Position numbers and translations under genes: made by a program. From an uncultured delta proteobacterium (GTDB taxonomy: Bacteria; Desulfobacterota; Desulfobaccia; Desulfobaccales; 0-14-0-80-60-11): a stretch of 64,000 bases of DNA. The DNA lies in NCBI GenBank assembly GCA_963812015.1, contig CAWETI010000003.1:1120001-1184000 (forward strand), in the 5' to 3' direction. Below the pieces are notes generated by a model, which saw nothing but the letters and a program-made list of their open reading frames with translations, searched no databases and was not told where the DNA came from. Positions 27,729 to 36,973 of the stretch are shown here, piece by piece (position 1 is the first letter of the stretch; every line of letters begins with the position of its first letter).

Positions 27729-28121
27729 ATGAAGAGTATGCTTGTTGCAATTCCCTCAACCCATCCCGGGGGACTTGAGGCTGCGATTGGAGCGCATTTC
27801 GGCCACTGTGACCTCTACACCCTGGTGAAAATCGCTGAAGGCCAAGTGCTGGAGGTCACCACCTTGCCCAATGTTCCACACCAGCAGGGGGGCTGCATGG
27901 CCCCGGTCAACCACCTGGCCCAAAACGGCGTGCAGGTCCTTATCGCCGGCGGCATGGGCATGCGGCCGCTCATGGGGTTCAATCAGGCGGGAATCGACGT
28001 CCTGTATGGTAACGGCGCCCAAACCGTGAGCCAGGCAGTGGAGGCGCTCTTGAACGGAACCTTGACGCGTTTTACCACCGAGTTCACCTGCGGCGGCGGT
28101 GGTGGGGCTTCACAGATGTGA
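27729..28121 (+). CDS. NifB/NifX-family protein
   Basis: HFGHCD, PH.QGGCMAPV, GGMGMRP, C-terminal CGGG. Confidence 0.85.
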   Translation: MKSMLVAIPSTHPGGLEAAIGAHFGHCDLYTLVKIAEGQVLEVTTLPNVPHQQGGCMAPVNHLAQNGVQVLIAGGMGMRPLMGFNQAGIDVLYGNGAQTVSQAVEALLNGTLTRFTTEFTCGGGGGASQM

Positions 28122-28213
28122 AGGTCCTGGCGGACCTCGGGACTCGGAGCTCAAGGAGCCGATGGCGGCCTGGTTCCGGGTTCCGAGAGCCACGTTTGCT
28201 GAGAGGTGAATCC

Positions 28214-28588
28214 ATGCTGCACATCGTTCTCGCCACCGCTCGACCTAAAGCAATGCAGGCCTTCGCCGAAGCTCTATCCTCAAACCCGGAGGTGAACCTT
28301 CAGCAGGTCATCTCCGGTGCCGAGGCCCTGGAAGCGGCGCGCACCGCTGCCCCCCATCTCGTGATTATTGATGCTGATCTCCCGGACACCGCGCCTTTGG
28401 ATCTCGTCCAGAAGCTCCTCATGGTCAATGCCATGGTGAATACCGCAGTGGTCAGTTCACTTTCCGACGAGGAGTTCCACGAGGTGAGCGAAGGCCTCGG
28501 GATTCTTGGCCGGCTGCCAAACGATCCCAAGAGGAGCGATGCAGGCGAACTGCTCCACAAGCTCAGAACGGTGCTCGGGGTTGGATGA
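28214..28588 (+). CDS. Stand-alone receiver-like domain protein (degenerate acidic pocket)
   Basis: SGAEAL...PHLVIIDADLPD pattern; lacks the N-terminal DD and the conserved Lys; GAGGTG RBS. Confidence 0.7.
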   Translation: MLHIVLATARPKAMQAFAEALSSNPEVNLQQVISGAEALEAARTAAPHLVIIDADLPDTAPLDLVQKLLMVNAMVNTAVVSSLSDEEFHEVSEGLGILGRLPNDPKRSDAGELLHKLRTVLGVG

Positions 28589-28713
28589 TTGCAATGAGGC
28601 TCACAGTACCTGCTTACCGTGACGTTGCAGAAAAAATAGCTTATAGCTTGCCATATTGGGACGTTTGAAGCGGCAGGGTGAAGTGGCGATATGAAATGAA
28701 TGGGGAAGGATCG

Positions 28714-30123
28714 TTAGATTTTAATAGTCTGGTGCAGGGCCGGGACCATGACCCTCCGGTAACCCAAATCATCGCGCAGCCGGGTGGCCAGTACCTGGGC
28801 CGCGTCCGGCTCGCCGTGCACGACAAAGGTTTGCTCCGGGCGCTTCTTGAAGGCCTGCGCCCAACTCAAGAGGCCCGGCTGATCGGCATGGCTGCTGAAG
28901 CCATTCAGCGTAACCACTTCAGCTTCCAGGTGGTATTCCATCCCAAAGATCCTCACCACCGGCGCATGTTCCACGAGGCGGCGGCCCAAGGTATTGGGGG
29001 CCTGCCAGCCGACAATCAAGACCGTGTTGCGGGGGTCCTCGATATTGTTTTTTAGATGGTGTTGGACCCGCCCGGCCTCCGCCATGCCGGAAGCGCTGAT
29101 AATCACGCAGGGGCCTCTGAGGGTGTGAAGTTTCTTGGACTGTTCCACGTCCTGGATGTATCGCAACCGCTTGAAGCCGAAAATATCGCCATCCTGGTCT
29201 AGCTGCCGCAGATAGTCCCGGGTTTCGTCATCGAAATATTCCGGATGCCGGCGAAAAATGCCAGTCACGTTGACCGCCAAAGGACTGTCCACATAGATAG
29301 GGATGTCAGGCAGGTCGCCCTGGTGGTAAAGCTGGTTCAGGAGGTATACAAGAAGCTGCGTGCGTTCGACGGCAAAGGCTGGAATGATGACCTTGCCCCC
29401 CCGGGCGCTGGTGCGTCTGATCGTCTGATTGAGAACTGCCGCCGACTCCTCCAGGGGTGGGTGGGTCCGGTTGCCATAAGTGCTCTCGATGAGCAGGATG
29501 TCGGCGGCCGTAAGAATGGTGGGGTCGCGCAAAATTGGCAGGTGAGGCCGGCCCAGGTCGCCGGTAAAGACCAAGCGCTGGTTGGGCCCGCCATGCCCCA
29601 TCGGGAAATCGAGGACGACGATGGCCGAGCCCAGCATATGCCCGGCATCGTATAGGGTTAACGTGACGCCCGGTCCCAGACGATATGGCCTCTCATATTC
29701 AATCCCCTCAAAATACTGCAGTGCCTCAGTCGCGTCTTCCTGGGTGTAGATGGGCTCGACCGGAGGCTCGCCATGCTTCCGCCGCTGCCGGTTGACATAC
29801 TCCACGTCTTCTTCTTGAATATGGCCGCTATCGAGGAGCATGGCGCCGCAGAGGTCAGCCGTAGCCGTGGTGCAAACAATCTTGCCCCTGAAGCCTTGTT
29901 TCACCAAGTTAGGGATATTACCCGAATGATCAATGTGCGCGTGAGACAGCACCACCACATCAACGGCCGCGGCATCGAAGGGGAACTCCCGGTTCCGTCT
30001 CCGGGCCTCCTCGCGCTTCCCCTGATACAGGCCGCAGTCGAGAAGAATATTCTGCCCGTTCACCGCGAGCAAATGCTGAGAACCGGTTACCGTCTGGGCT
30101 GCCCCGTGAAAACTGATCTGCAT
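28714..30123 (-). CDS. MBL-fold beta-CASP ribonuclease
   Basis: GAAQTVTGS, DCGLYQG, SHAHIDHSG, AGHMLGS, TGDLG, ESTYG, FSSHAD, VHGE. Confidence 0.93.
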   Translation of the reverse strand: MQISFHGAAQTVTGSQHLLAVNGQNILLDCGLYQGKREEARRRNREFPFDAAAVDVVVLSHAHIDHSGNIPNLVKQGFRGKIVCTTATADLCGAMLLDSGHIQEEDVEYVNRQRRKHGEPPVEPIYTQEDATEALQYFEGIEYERPYRLGPGVTLTLYDAGHMLGSAIVVLDFPMGHGGPNQRLVFTGDLGRPHLPILRDPTILTAADILLIESTYGNRTHPPLEESAAVLNQTIRRTSARGGKVIIPAFAVERTQLLVYLLNQLYHQGDLPDIPIYVDSPLAVNVTGIFRRHPEYFDDETRDYLRQLDQDGDIFGFKRLRYIQDVEQSKKLHTLRGPCVIISASGMAEAGRVQHHLKNNIEDPRNTVLIVGWQAPNTLGRRLVEHAPVVRIFGMEYHLEAEVVTLNGFSSHADQPGLLSWAQAFKKRPEQTFVVHGEPDAAQVLATRLRDDLGYRRVMVPALHQTIKI

Positions 30124-30230
30124 AAAGTAAGCTCAAGCTGCTATTTTGCTGGACCCCCGCTAACGGGGGCTGCCAAGGATCTCACTGCTCCTTGATGCCT
30201 AACTGTCCCGGAAATTTAGATTGCAGAGAT

Positions 30231-31052
30231 TTATTTTCTGGTAAAGATAAGATTTTTAAAACCAGCGCCCTCTTCTGCCAATCTGCGTTCATAGGCAATG
30301 ATAAACCCCGCCCGGTGGAAGAAATCGGTGATGGCCGGCTCCGATTGGCCGCTCACCTCGATCACCACAGAGCGTAATCGTGCATTCCGCACGGTTTTCG
30401 TCATCCCGGCGATGATATTTTGTTCGGCGCCGTCAACATCGATTTTCAGGTAATCAGGAAAAATATTAATCATATCAATGAATTGATCCATTGAAATCGA
30501 TATGGTCTTATAGGATACGAAATCGTATTTCTCTCTATTTTCCACAAAGTAGTATTGAGTCGGCTCAGAAAATGTATGGGTTTTAAGTCCGTCGGACAAT
30601 GCTAAGTAATATTGATCAACATTACTGATATTATTCAAGCTAAGATTGTAGGCCAGATTAAATGAAGATTGCAAAGCTAAGTCAAAGGCAATGATTTTTT
30701 TGGGGCCATTTTTTTTAAGAGCGGCATATAATGTTTCAGTGCCGAAAGATGCTCCGACATCAAAAAAATTACAATCTTTTTCAAAGCTATCGATCCAATC
30801 CAGGACTTCAGGTTCTCTTTCTTCCCATTGCTTAAAAGTATTATAAACTCCAACTTCATTCAATGGCATAATAACTTTTATCGGGACCCCTCTAACGATT
30901 GTTTTAGGAATGGGGAGGATTCGCCCAAAAAAATCAAACAATCTTTTTGAGAAACCAGTCTTTTCGACGAATAAGTTCAGGAGAGTATTGATCGTACCGA
31001 AAACTATATTTTCCACCGTTCCCGAGAACCGCCATTTTTTCACCGCTGTCAT
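30231..31052 (-). CDS. FkbM-family methyltransferase
   Basis: FFDVGASFG, PDYLKIDVDGAE; low GC; AAGGA RBS before ATG 31052. Confidence 0.85.
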   Translation of the reverse strand: MTAVKKWRFSGTVENIVFGTINTLLNLFVEKTGFSKRLFDFFGRILPIPKTIVRGVPIKVIMPLNEVGVYNTFKQWEEREPEVLDWIDSFEKDCNFFDVGASFGTETLYAALKKNGPKKIIAFDLALQSSFNLAYNLSLNNISNVDQYYLALSDGLKTHTFSEPTQYYFVENREKYDFVSYKTISISMDQFIDMINIFPDYLKIDVDGAEQNIIAGMTKTVRNARLRSVVIEVSGQSEPAITDFFHRAGFIIAYERRLAEEGAGFKNLIFTRK

Positions 31053-31700
31053 GAGATAATTCCTTTCGCTCAAGACGCTTGAGAATTTTCCCCAAACCAT
31101 TCCGGTCTGTCAAGATTAAACCAGCTTTGGCCCAATTCCTCAGTGGTTATATAAGGAAGGGAGGCAGGGATTCCCCTTTATCTTCATTTACCATAAAAAA
31201 ATCCTAAAAGCTCACCATCACCCTATCCTTAATACCCGGCTGGCACTGTAGCCCGGGCGGCGAGGCGGCCGGCGCTTGCGGTTGCCTCGGATGCGCCAAG
31301 GCTTTCCAACGCCCCGGCTGCCAGGTTTCCTGCCTCAAAAAATTGGCGCCAGCCGGGTTCACCGACCGACGCCATAAGCGCGGCGGCAATCATGACCTTG
31401 GGTTCAGGGCAAAAATTTATTCAGAAAGGCAACAGGTGTCCCCCCTGGCTCCTGGTGTCCCCCCGGTAGGCCGGGAGAGCCTTTTAGGGCCAAGGTTTCC
31501 GGGCCCCGCGGTGCAAGATGGGCCGCGCCATCCGGGCGGATTTCCAGCTCACTGAACTGAGGCACCAGCGGCTCCGGTGACCTGGGGGGCGGAATTTTTC
31601 TTCATCGCAACGAAAAATTCATTATTGCTTAACTTTAATTTAATTTATGCCCGATAAACTCATCATCTAATAGCCTCCAAACCTGTGAAAGGGAGTACCT

Positions 31701-32102
31701 ATGCTGAACTACAATCTCCACCTTGATGCCGCCACCCCGGTGGATCAGCGGCAACCCACCGTCCCGGCTCCCCAGGCCGAACCGCTGAACGACCGGCTTT
31801 TTCCCGGCCAGTTTCTGGCTCCCTTAGGCCACGTCATCGACTTTCTGGATCGCCGCACCCACCAAGGCGGCAGCCAGGTGATCATCCGCTTCAAAAACGA
31901 CTATGGGGCGATCATTTCGGAATACCGGTTGCTGGAAGGAATTTATGAGATCGCGCCCCTCCGGTTTCAGGGTCCCGGGCGGGATGACTATGAGTTCTAT
32001 TTCCGCTCCCACGTGCCCGATTTGACCTGGTGCTCCCACCCCCATGACATGGTGAGCGTTTGCGAGCAGATCGCCCGATTGCTGCCGCGCCGCATGGTTT
32101 AA
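31701..32102 (+). CDS. Hypothetical protein
   Basis: GGGAG RBS; 133 aa with FKNDYGA...GIYEIA segment. Confidence 0.6.
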   Translation: MLNYNLHLDAATPVDQRQPTVPAPQAEPLNDRLFPGQFLAPLGHVIDFLDRRTHQGGSQVIIRFKNDYGAIISEYRLLEGIYEIAPLRFQGPGRDDYEFYFRSHVPDLTWCSHPHDMVSVCEQIARLLPRRMV

Positions 32103-32860
32103 CTAAGCTGGATTTCTGCAGGGCTCCTTGCCGGCCCCTTTGGGGGCTGCATCCGTTTTCTCTCCCTCCTGGCCTGAAATTCTGCCCCATCGTCCGGCTA
32201 ATTCCCCGGGCTGCACCCCTCAAAGACCACGCCATCCCCATCCCCTCAAAGACCGGCAATTAATCAGCGAGCTTTGCCGACAGGGGGGCCAACCCCGGCG
32301 ATACCCCGGGGAAATCCGCCCCTCACTCACCCCGGCCATCATTTCCCTGCCCGGTTTCCTGGCCTGCGGGAGGCCCAGCCCTTGCTCCGGCATCTTATGA
32401 TTGTATGGGGTCGACAGATTTTTTATGAGGCAGGCTTGATGGAAGTCTAAAGTTTTTGAAATAACCTGCCGATATCCCTGACGGGTCCACAAGTTAAGGA
32501 GCGCAAGGCAAACCTCTGCCGGGGGCAGAGGAGCCGCCGCGGGACCCGGTTGGGGTGACCACGAAAGATGAAAAATGTGGGACAGACGCATGCTGTCAGG
32601 TGCAAAAGGAATTATGGCGGGCAGTGTCCCCCGTACATGAATCTTCTTCAAGGCTAAGCGCTGCCGGTGACGGTTTTGTTTCAGAGAAAGTTATTGATCT
32701 AAAACTCATTAATGCAAGAAGGTTATTAGCGTTGTTCAGCATGACCAGGTGCAGAAAGTGGCAGCTTATCAACCGCCCGGTTCAGGCTGACTCAGGCCCC
32801 AGGCGCTCAATGTGCGTAAAGAGCTTTTAGCTAACCTTTTAATCCGATGATGGAGGCATC

Positions 32861-33541
32861 ATGCATTATTCCCCGGCCTTGAGTGACCATCCAAGCTTGC
32901 AGAGATTTTTGAGTCCTGAGGCGCGTCAGGTCTTCATGGGGATCTACAACAATCTCTTATTGGCGGCCGACGACACCCGGTTGAAGAGCCTGCTCATCTG
33001 TTCGTCCAACCCGGGAGAAGGGACCACTACCGCGGCCATCGGCCTGGCCCTGACGACAGCGGCGGTGCAAAGCGGGCCGGTATTGCTCATCGATGGCAAC
33101 TTTGCCAATCCCCAGGTATGTAAAGCATTTAATAAGCCGGAACTCTCCGGGTTGGGTGAGCTCATCGCCGGGACCGCGGATATCAACGGCACCATCCAGA
33201 CCACCACCGTGCCCCATTTGCGGATTATGGGAGCCGGGGCGCCCCCCCTGGATTGCGTCAGCACCCTGGAACCCCATTTTTTCAAGGACCTGCTCCAGGG
33301 ATTATCCGGGGATTATCGACTCATCATCATCGATGGGCCCTCCATTAATATGTTTCCCGAGTCAGTGCTCTATGCCGCTCAAGTCCATCGCACCTTCTTG
33401 GTGGTCCACGCCAGCGTCACCCGGGTCCAGGTGGTGGCCAATGCGCTGGATAGGCTGACCGCCGGCGGCTGCGAGCGAGTAGATCTGGTCCTTAATCGGA
33501 GGGCCTTTCCCATCCCCCCATGGATTTATAAGCGCCTATGA
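32861..33541 (+). CDS. CpsD/CapB-family (BY-kinase-like) protein with degenerate Walker A
   Basis: SSNPGEGTTT, VLLIDGN, LIIIDGP; first gene of the EPS operon. Confidence 0.85.
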   Translation: MHYSPALSDHPSLQRFLSPEARQVFMGIYNNLLLAADDTRLKSLLICSSNPGEGTTTAAIGLALTTAAVQSGPVLLIDGNFANPQVCKAFNKPELSGLGELIAGTADINGTIQTTTVPHLRIMGAGAPPLDCVSTLEPHFFKDLLQGLSGDYRLIIIDGPSINMFPESVLYAAQVHRTFLVVHASVTRVQVVANALDRLTAGGCERVDLVLNRRAFPIPPWIYKRL

Positions 33542-35286
33542 GCCAAGTGGCCGAGATCGCGGTAGTCCTGGCCGGTGGTGTAGCCACTTTTCACGGGTTT
33601 GCCCTGGCCCCCTACCCAAAAATTCTTCTGCCCCTGGCCAACCATCCTTTATTGCACTATCAGGCCCGGGTTTTAGCCGAGGCCGGGGTCAAGTGCTTGA
33701 TAGTCTGCGTAAATACCGGGATGGGGGCGCGGGTGGCCGAAACCCTGGGCTCCTTGCCTTACGCCCTGGAATATCTGGTCAAGGAGACCACGTATGGCAC
33801 CGGGGGTTCCCTGAAGGAAGTGGAGGACGCCATTGCCGGGAGCCTTTTCTGGGTTCTGGGCGGCGATGTGCTCCTGAGTGCCGACCTCCGGGAGATGCAG
33901 GCGTTTCATCAGCAACGGCAAGCCAGGGCCACCGTGGGGGTGTTGCGGGTGCGGGAAGCCCCCTGGGAGATGGAGAGAGTCGAGTTTGATGCGAAGCAGA
34001 GGGTCAAAACCATTCACCGGCTCCACCCGGCCCAGGAGAGACGGAGCATGCTGCGCCCCGCCGGCCTCTACCTGTTCCAGTCGGAGGTCCTGGATGACAT
34101 CCCCCGGGGCCGCTACTTCGATCTTAAGGAACAACTCTTTGAGCCACTTTATCAACAGGGCGCGTCCACGGGGATCTGGGAGATTCCGGGATACTGCTGC
34201 GCCATCACCAGTGTCGCCGATTTTTTTATGGTCAACCTGGATATTTTGCACGGCCGGGTGCCGATTCCAGATCAGCCAACTCACCAGAATTTTCCGGATG
34301 ATGCCGGCGAGGCCGAAATGAGCGCCTCTGCCAAGGTGTTTGCCCCGGCAGTGGTGGGCCCGGGCTCCCATATCGGCGACGAGGCGATCATTCTGGGCCC
34401 CACGGCCATCGGCTCCCACGTGGAAATTGAGCCCGACGTGGTCGTCAATGAGTGCGTGATCCTGAATAATGCCCACATCTGCCGGGGGGCTTACCTCTAC
34501 CACTGTGTCATCAGCGACGGCGCCGTCATCAGCAGTCGGACGAGCTTGCATGAAATGGTGGTCATGCAGACTCTGTCGAGCCCCCCTGAGCAAACCCTGT
34601 GCTCTCTTAGGGAACCAGGCCGCCGCCTCCCCGGGTATGGGGCGGGACCCCGGGAATGGCAAACCGCTCCCGGGCCTGGCTATCTCAAGGTCAAACGTTG
34701 CCTGGACGTGGTCCTGGCCACCTTGGGGGTCAGCCTCGCCGCCCCCCTCATGCTGGCCATTGCCTGGCTCATCAAGCAGGATTCCCCCGGGGGGATCATT
34801 TTCAGGCAGGAACGGTGCAGCCAGGGAGGGCGGCCCTTCATCATGTATAAGTTTCGGTCCATGGTCGAAAACTCCGAGGATCTGAAGCTGGAACTTCTGG
34901 ACCGGAACGAAGTTAACGGGCCTATGTTCAAAATCACCGATGATCCTCGGATAACCCGGCTGGGAAAAGTCCTTCGGGACACCTACCTGGATGAACTGCC
35001 CCAACTCTGGAACGTCTTAAAAGGGGATATGAGCCTGGTGGGGCCCCGGCCGCTGTCCATGGATGAAATGCGCTACAACCCCCAATGGCGGGATGCCCGG
35101 TTTGCCGTGCGCCCCGGCATGACCGGCCTCTGGCAGGTGGAGGCTCATGCCAAGACCTACTTTAATGAATGGATCGTCAATGATCTTGAGTATGTGCAGC
35201 ATTGTTCCCTGGAACTTGATCTGAAAATTTTGTTCAAAACCCTGCAGAAGATGGTCAATAAGCTTTTGCGCTTCGACAGGAAGTAG
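33538..35286 (+). CDS. Fusion of nucleotidyltransferase-like + left-handed beta-helix + sugar transferase (priming phosphoglycosyltransferase)
   Basis: VVLAGG..PKILLPLAN, GTGGSL, hexapeptide repeats, then KRCLD, YKFRSM, DPRIT, DELPQL, SLVGPRP, PGMTGLWQV. Confidence 0.85.
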   Translation: MSQVAEIAVVLAGGVATFHGFALAPYPKILLPLANHPLLHYQARVLAEAGVKCLIVCVNTGMGARVAETLGSLPYALEYLVKETTYGTGGSLKEVEDAIAGSLFWVLGGDVLLSADLREMQAFHQQRQARATVGVLRVREAPWEMERVEFDAKQRVKTIHRLHPAQERRSMLRPAGLYLFQSEVLDDIPRGRYFDLKEQLFEPLYQQGASTGIWEIPGYCCAITSVADFFMVNLDILHGRVPIPDQPTHQNFPDDAGEAEMSASAKVFAPAVVGPGSHIGDEAIILGPTAIGSHVEIEPDVVVNECVILNNAHICRGAYLYHCVISDGAVISSRTSLHEMVVMQTLSSPPEQTLCSLREPGRRLPGYGAGPREWQTAPGPGYLKVKRCLDVVLATLGVSLAAPLMLAIAWLIKQDSPGGIIFRQERCSQGGRPFIMYKFRSMVENSEDLKLELLDRNEVNGPMFKITDDPRITRLGKVLRDTYLDELPQLWNVLKGDMSLVGPRPLSMDEMRYNPQWRDARFAVRPGMTGLWQVEAHAKTYFNEWIVNDLEYVQHCSLELDLKILFKTLQKMVNKLLRFDRK

Positions 35287-35295
35287 AGGGTTGCT

Positions 35296-36327
35296 ATGAA
35301 GAAACGGCGCGCTTTTTGGGTAACTTGGCTGCTCCTTGCCACCATGGCCTGCGGGCCCGGGGGCAAAGGGACTGGAGTTCGGCAAGTATCTTTCCCGGAG
35401 ATGCAACCACCTCCACCGGGCCCGGTGGCCCTTATGCCCTACCGGATTATGCGTGGGGATACCTTGAACGTCACTTTCCCCCTGAATCCGGAGCTGGACC
35501 TTAAACCGGTGTTGGTACGTTCGGACGGCAAAATCGTCTTGAACCTGGCGGGCGAGGTCAATGCCTTTGGCATGACCGTTCCGGAATTGCAGCAGGCCAT
35601 CGGCAAGCAATACCAGGAGTTCATTGGCAAGACCGGGTACAGCAAGGTGTTGAAGCCCAACGACTACCTCGATCTCAAGTTCGTCTACAATCCCGAGCTG
35701 AACATCGGCGTCCGTATCCAGTCCGACGGCAAGGTCTCCCTGCCCCTGGTGGGGGAGGTCAAAGCCGCCGATCTGACCCCGGAGCAGTTGCGCCAGAAGC
35801 TTATCAAGGTGTATTCCCGGGATATCCGCAAACCCGATATCGCCGTCCTGACGGGCACTAACCCCACCGCCTTTCCCATGGATATCGCCGCCAAAAACAT
35901 CTTTACCCAGGGCAATTTCATCAACGTGGCCGTGGTCAAGAGCGGCGGCCAGTGGGTCTTTGTGGCCGGCCAGGTGGGGGCTCCCAAGGCCATTCCCTGG
36001 GAGGGCCACCTGACCGTCCTCCAAGCCATTGCTGCGGCTGGCGGCAAGACGGATAAAGCTGATCTGTCCCGGGTGGTCATCCTCAGGCGCGGGCCCTTCG
36101 AGACCGCGACATGGATCCAGACTGATCTGGCCTCGCCCCTGGAAGGCATGGATCTCAAGAACGACGTGGACTTGACGGGCGGAGATGTCGTGGTGGTGCC
36201 CATGAGCGGCATCGCCAAGCTGGGGGTGTTCGTCCAGCAGGTCCTGCGTGATTTGAACCCGATGTATGGCACGTACACCATCACTTTAGGCAGTGCCAGC
36301 GGCGCGTTTGCCGCCCCCATACCGTAA
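35296..36327 (+). CDS. Polysaccharide export lipoprotein (Wza/OPX family) with duplicated export domain
   Basis: Lipoprotein-like leader (MAC); two GD/ND.L...NPEL...V/I.SDGK.L.L.GEV units; SLBB-like FVAGQV...GDVVVVP. Confidence 0.88.
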   Translation: MKKRRAFWVTWLLLATMACGPGGKGTGVRQVSFPEMQPPPPGPVALMPYRIMRGDTLNVTFPLNPELDLKPVLVRSDGKIVLNLAGEVNAFGMTVPELQQAIGKQYQEFIGKTGYSKVLKPNDYLDLKFVYNPELNIGVRIQSDGKVSLPLVGEVKAADLTPEQLRQKLIKVYSRDIRKPDIAVLTGTNPTAFPMDIAAKNIFTQGNFINVAVVKSGGQWVFVAGQVGAPKAIPWEGHLTVLQAIAAAGGKTDKADLSRVVILRRGPFETATWIQTDLASPLEGMDLKNDVDLTGGDVVVVPMSGIAKLGVFVQQVLRDLNPMYGTYTITLGSASGAFAAPIP

Positions 36328-36336
36328 GAGGGTGTG

Positions 36337-36930
36337 ATGTGGTTCCGGGTCCTCCTGGCTGGTTGCTTCATGATGAGCTTGCTGGTGCCCTCCGTGAGGG
36401 CGGATGAGTTTGGTTTGGAGCCCAAAGGCTATTTTGACGCCCTGCCCTCCGGCATCGACAATGTGGCCCTGGCGGATTTTGGCCAGGACATCATCATCGG
36501 CGGGGACTATGGCCTGGGAAATGTCACCCCGGTGGAGGAAGTCTTCCGGGGCCAGGAACGGGTAGTGCGCATCTTCCGTTCCCCGAAGTTGCCCATCTCC
36601 CACCAGCGACCGGCCCAAATGCAGGTCCTGCTGGGGAATGTCCGTGGTCTGTACGTGTGGATTGAAACGCCGCCGGTCCAAGGAGAATGGAGCCTCTCCA
36701 TCGACCTGGTCTATGCCGATGGCACCCGAAGGAATATTTTCGGCAAACAGATGAAGCCCGGGGTGCCTAGTTTTCTGTTCGTGGAACCTTACACCCGGTT
36801 GGATTGTCATCTGTCCACCAAAACCACGGCATTGAAACTCAACCGGAGGTTTATCTTAACCCTTAGCCCGGTCATGTATGCGGTCTGGCCCGACTTTCTG
36901 CCCGCGCCCTATCGGACGATTTTCGACTGA
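36337..36930 (+). CDS. Hypothetical exported protein
   Basis: Signal-peptide-like N-terminus; lies inside the EPS operon. Confidence 0.65.
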   Translation: MWFRVLLAGCFMMSLLVPSVRADEFGLEPKGYFDALPSGIDNVALADFGQDIIIGGDYGLGNVTPVEEVFRGQERVVRIFRSPKLPISHQRPAQMQVLLGNVRGLYVWIETPPVQGEWSLSIDLVYADGTRRNIFGKQMKPGVPSFLFVEPYTRLDCHLSTKTTALKLNRRFILTLSPVMYAVWPDFLPAPYRTIFD

Positions 36931-36973
36931 GCCGGAGTGGCGCCCACGGGCGGGTAGCCTGAAGGAGACGTTG

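Noticed and set aside
28135..28190. Imperfect inverted repeat between the second NifX-like gene and the receiver-like gene
   Set aside because: Plausible RNA hairpin but no T-tract or family signature; function cannot be supported.
32500..32570. c-di-GMP-I riboswitch upstream of the EPS operon (GGCAAACC followed by a hairpin)
   Set aside because: Lacks the GAAA tetraloop and the GACGCAAAGC junction; only a generic hairpin can be supported.
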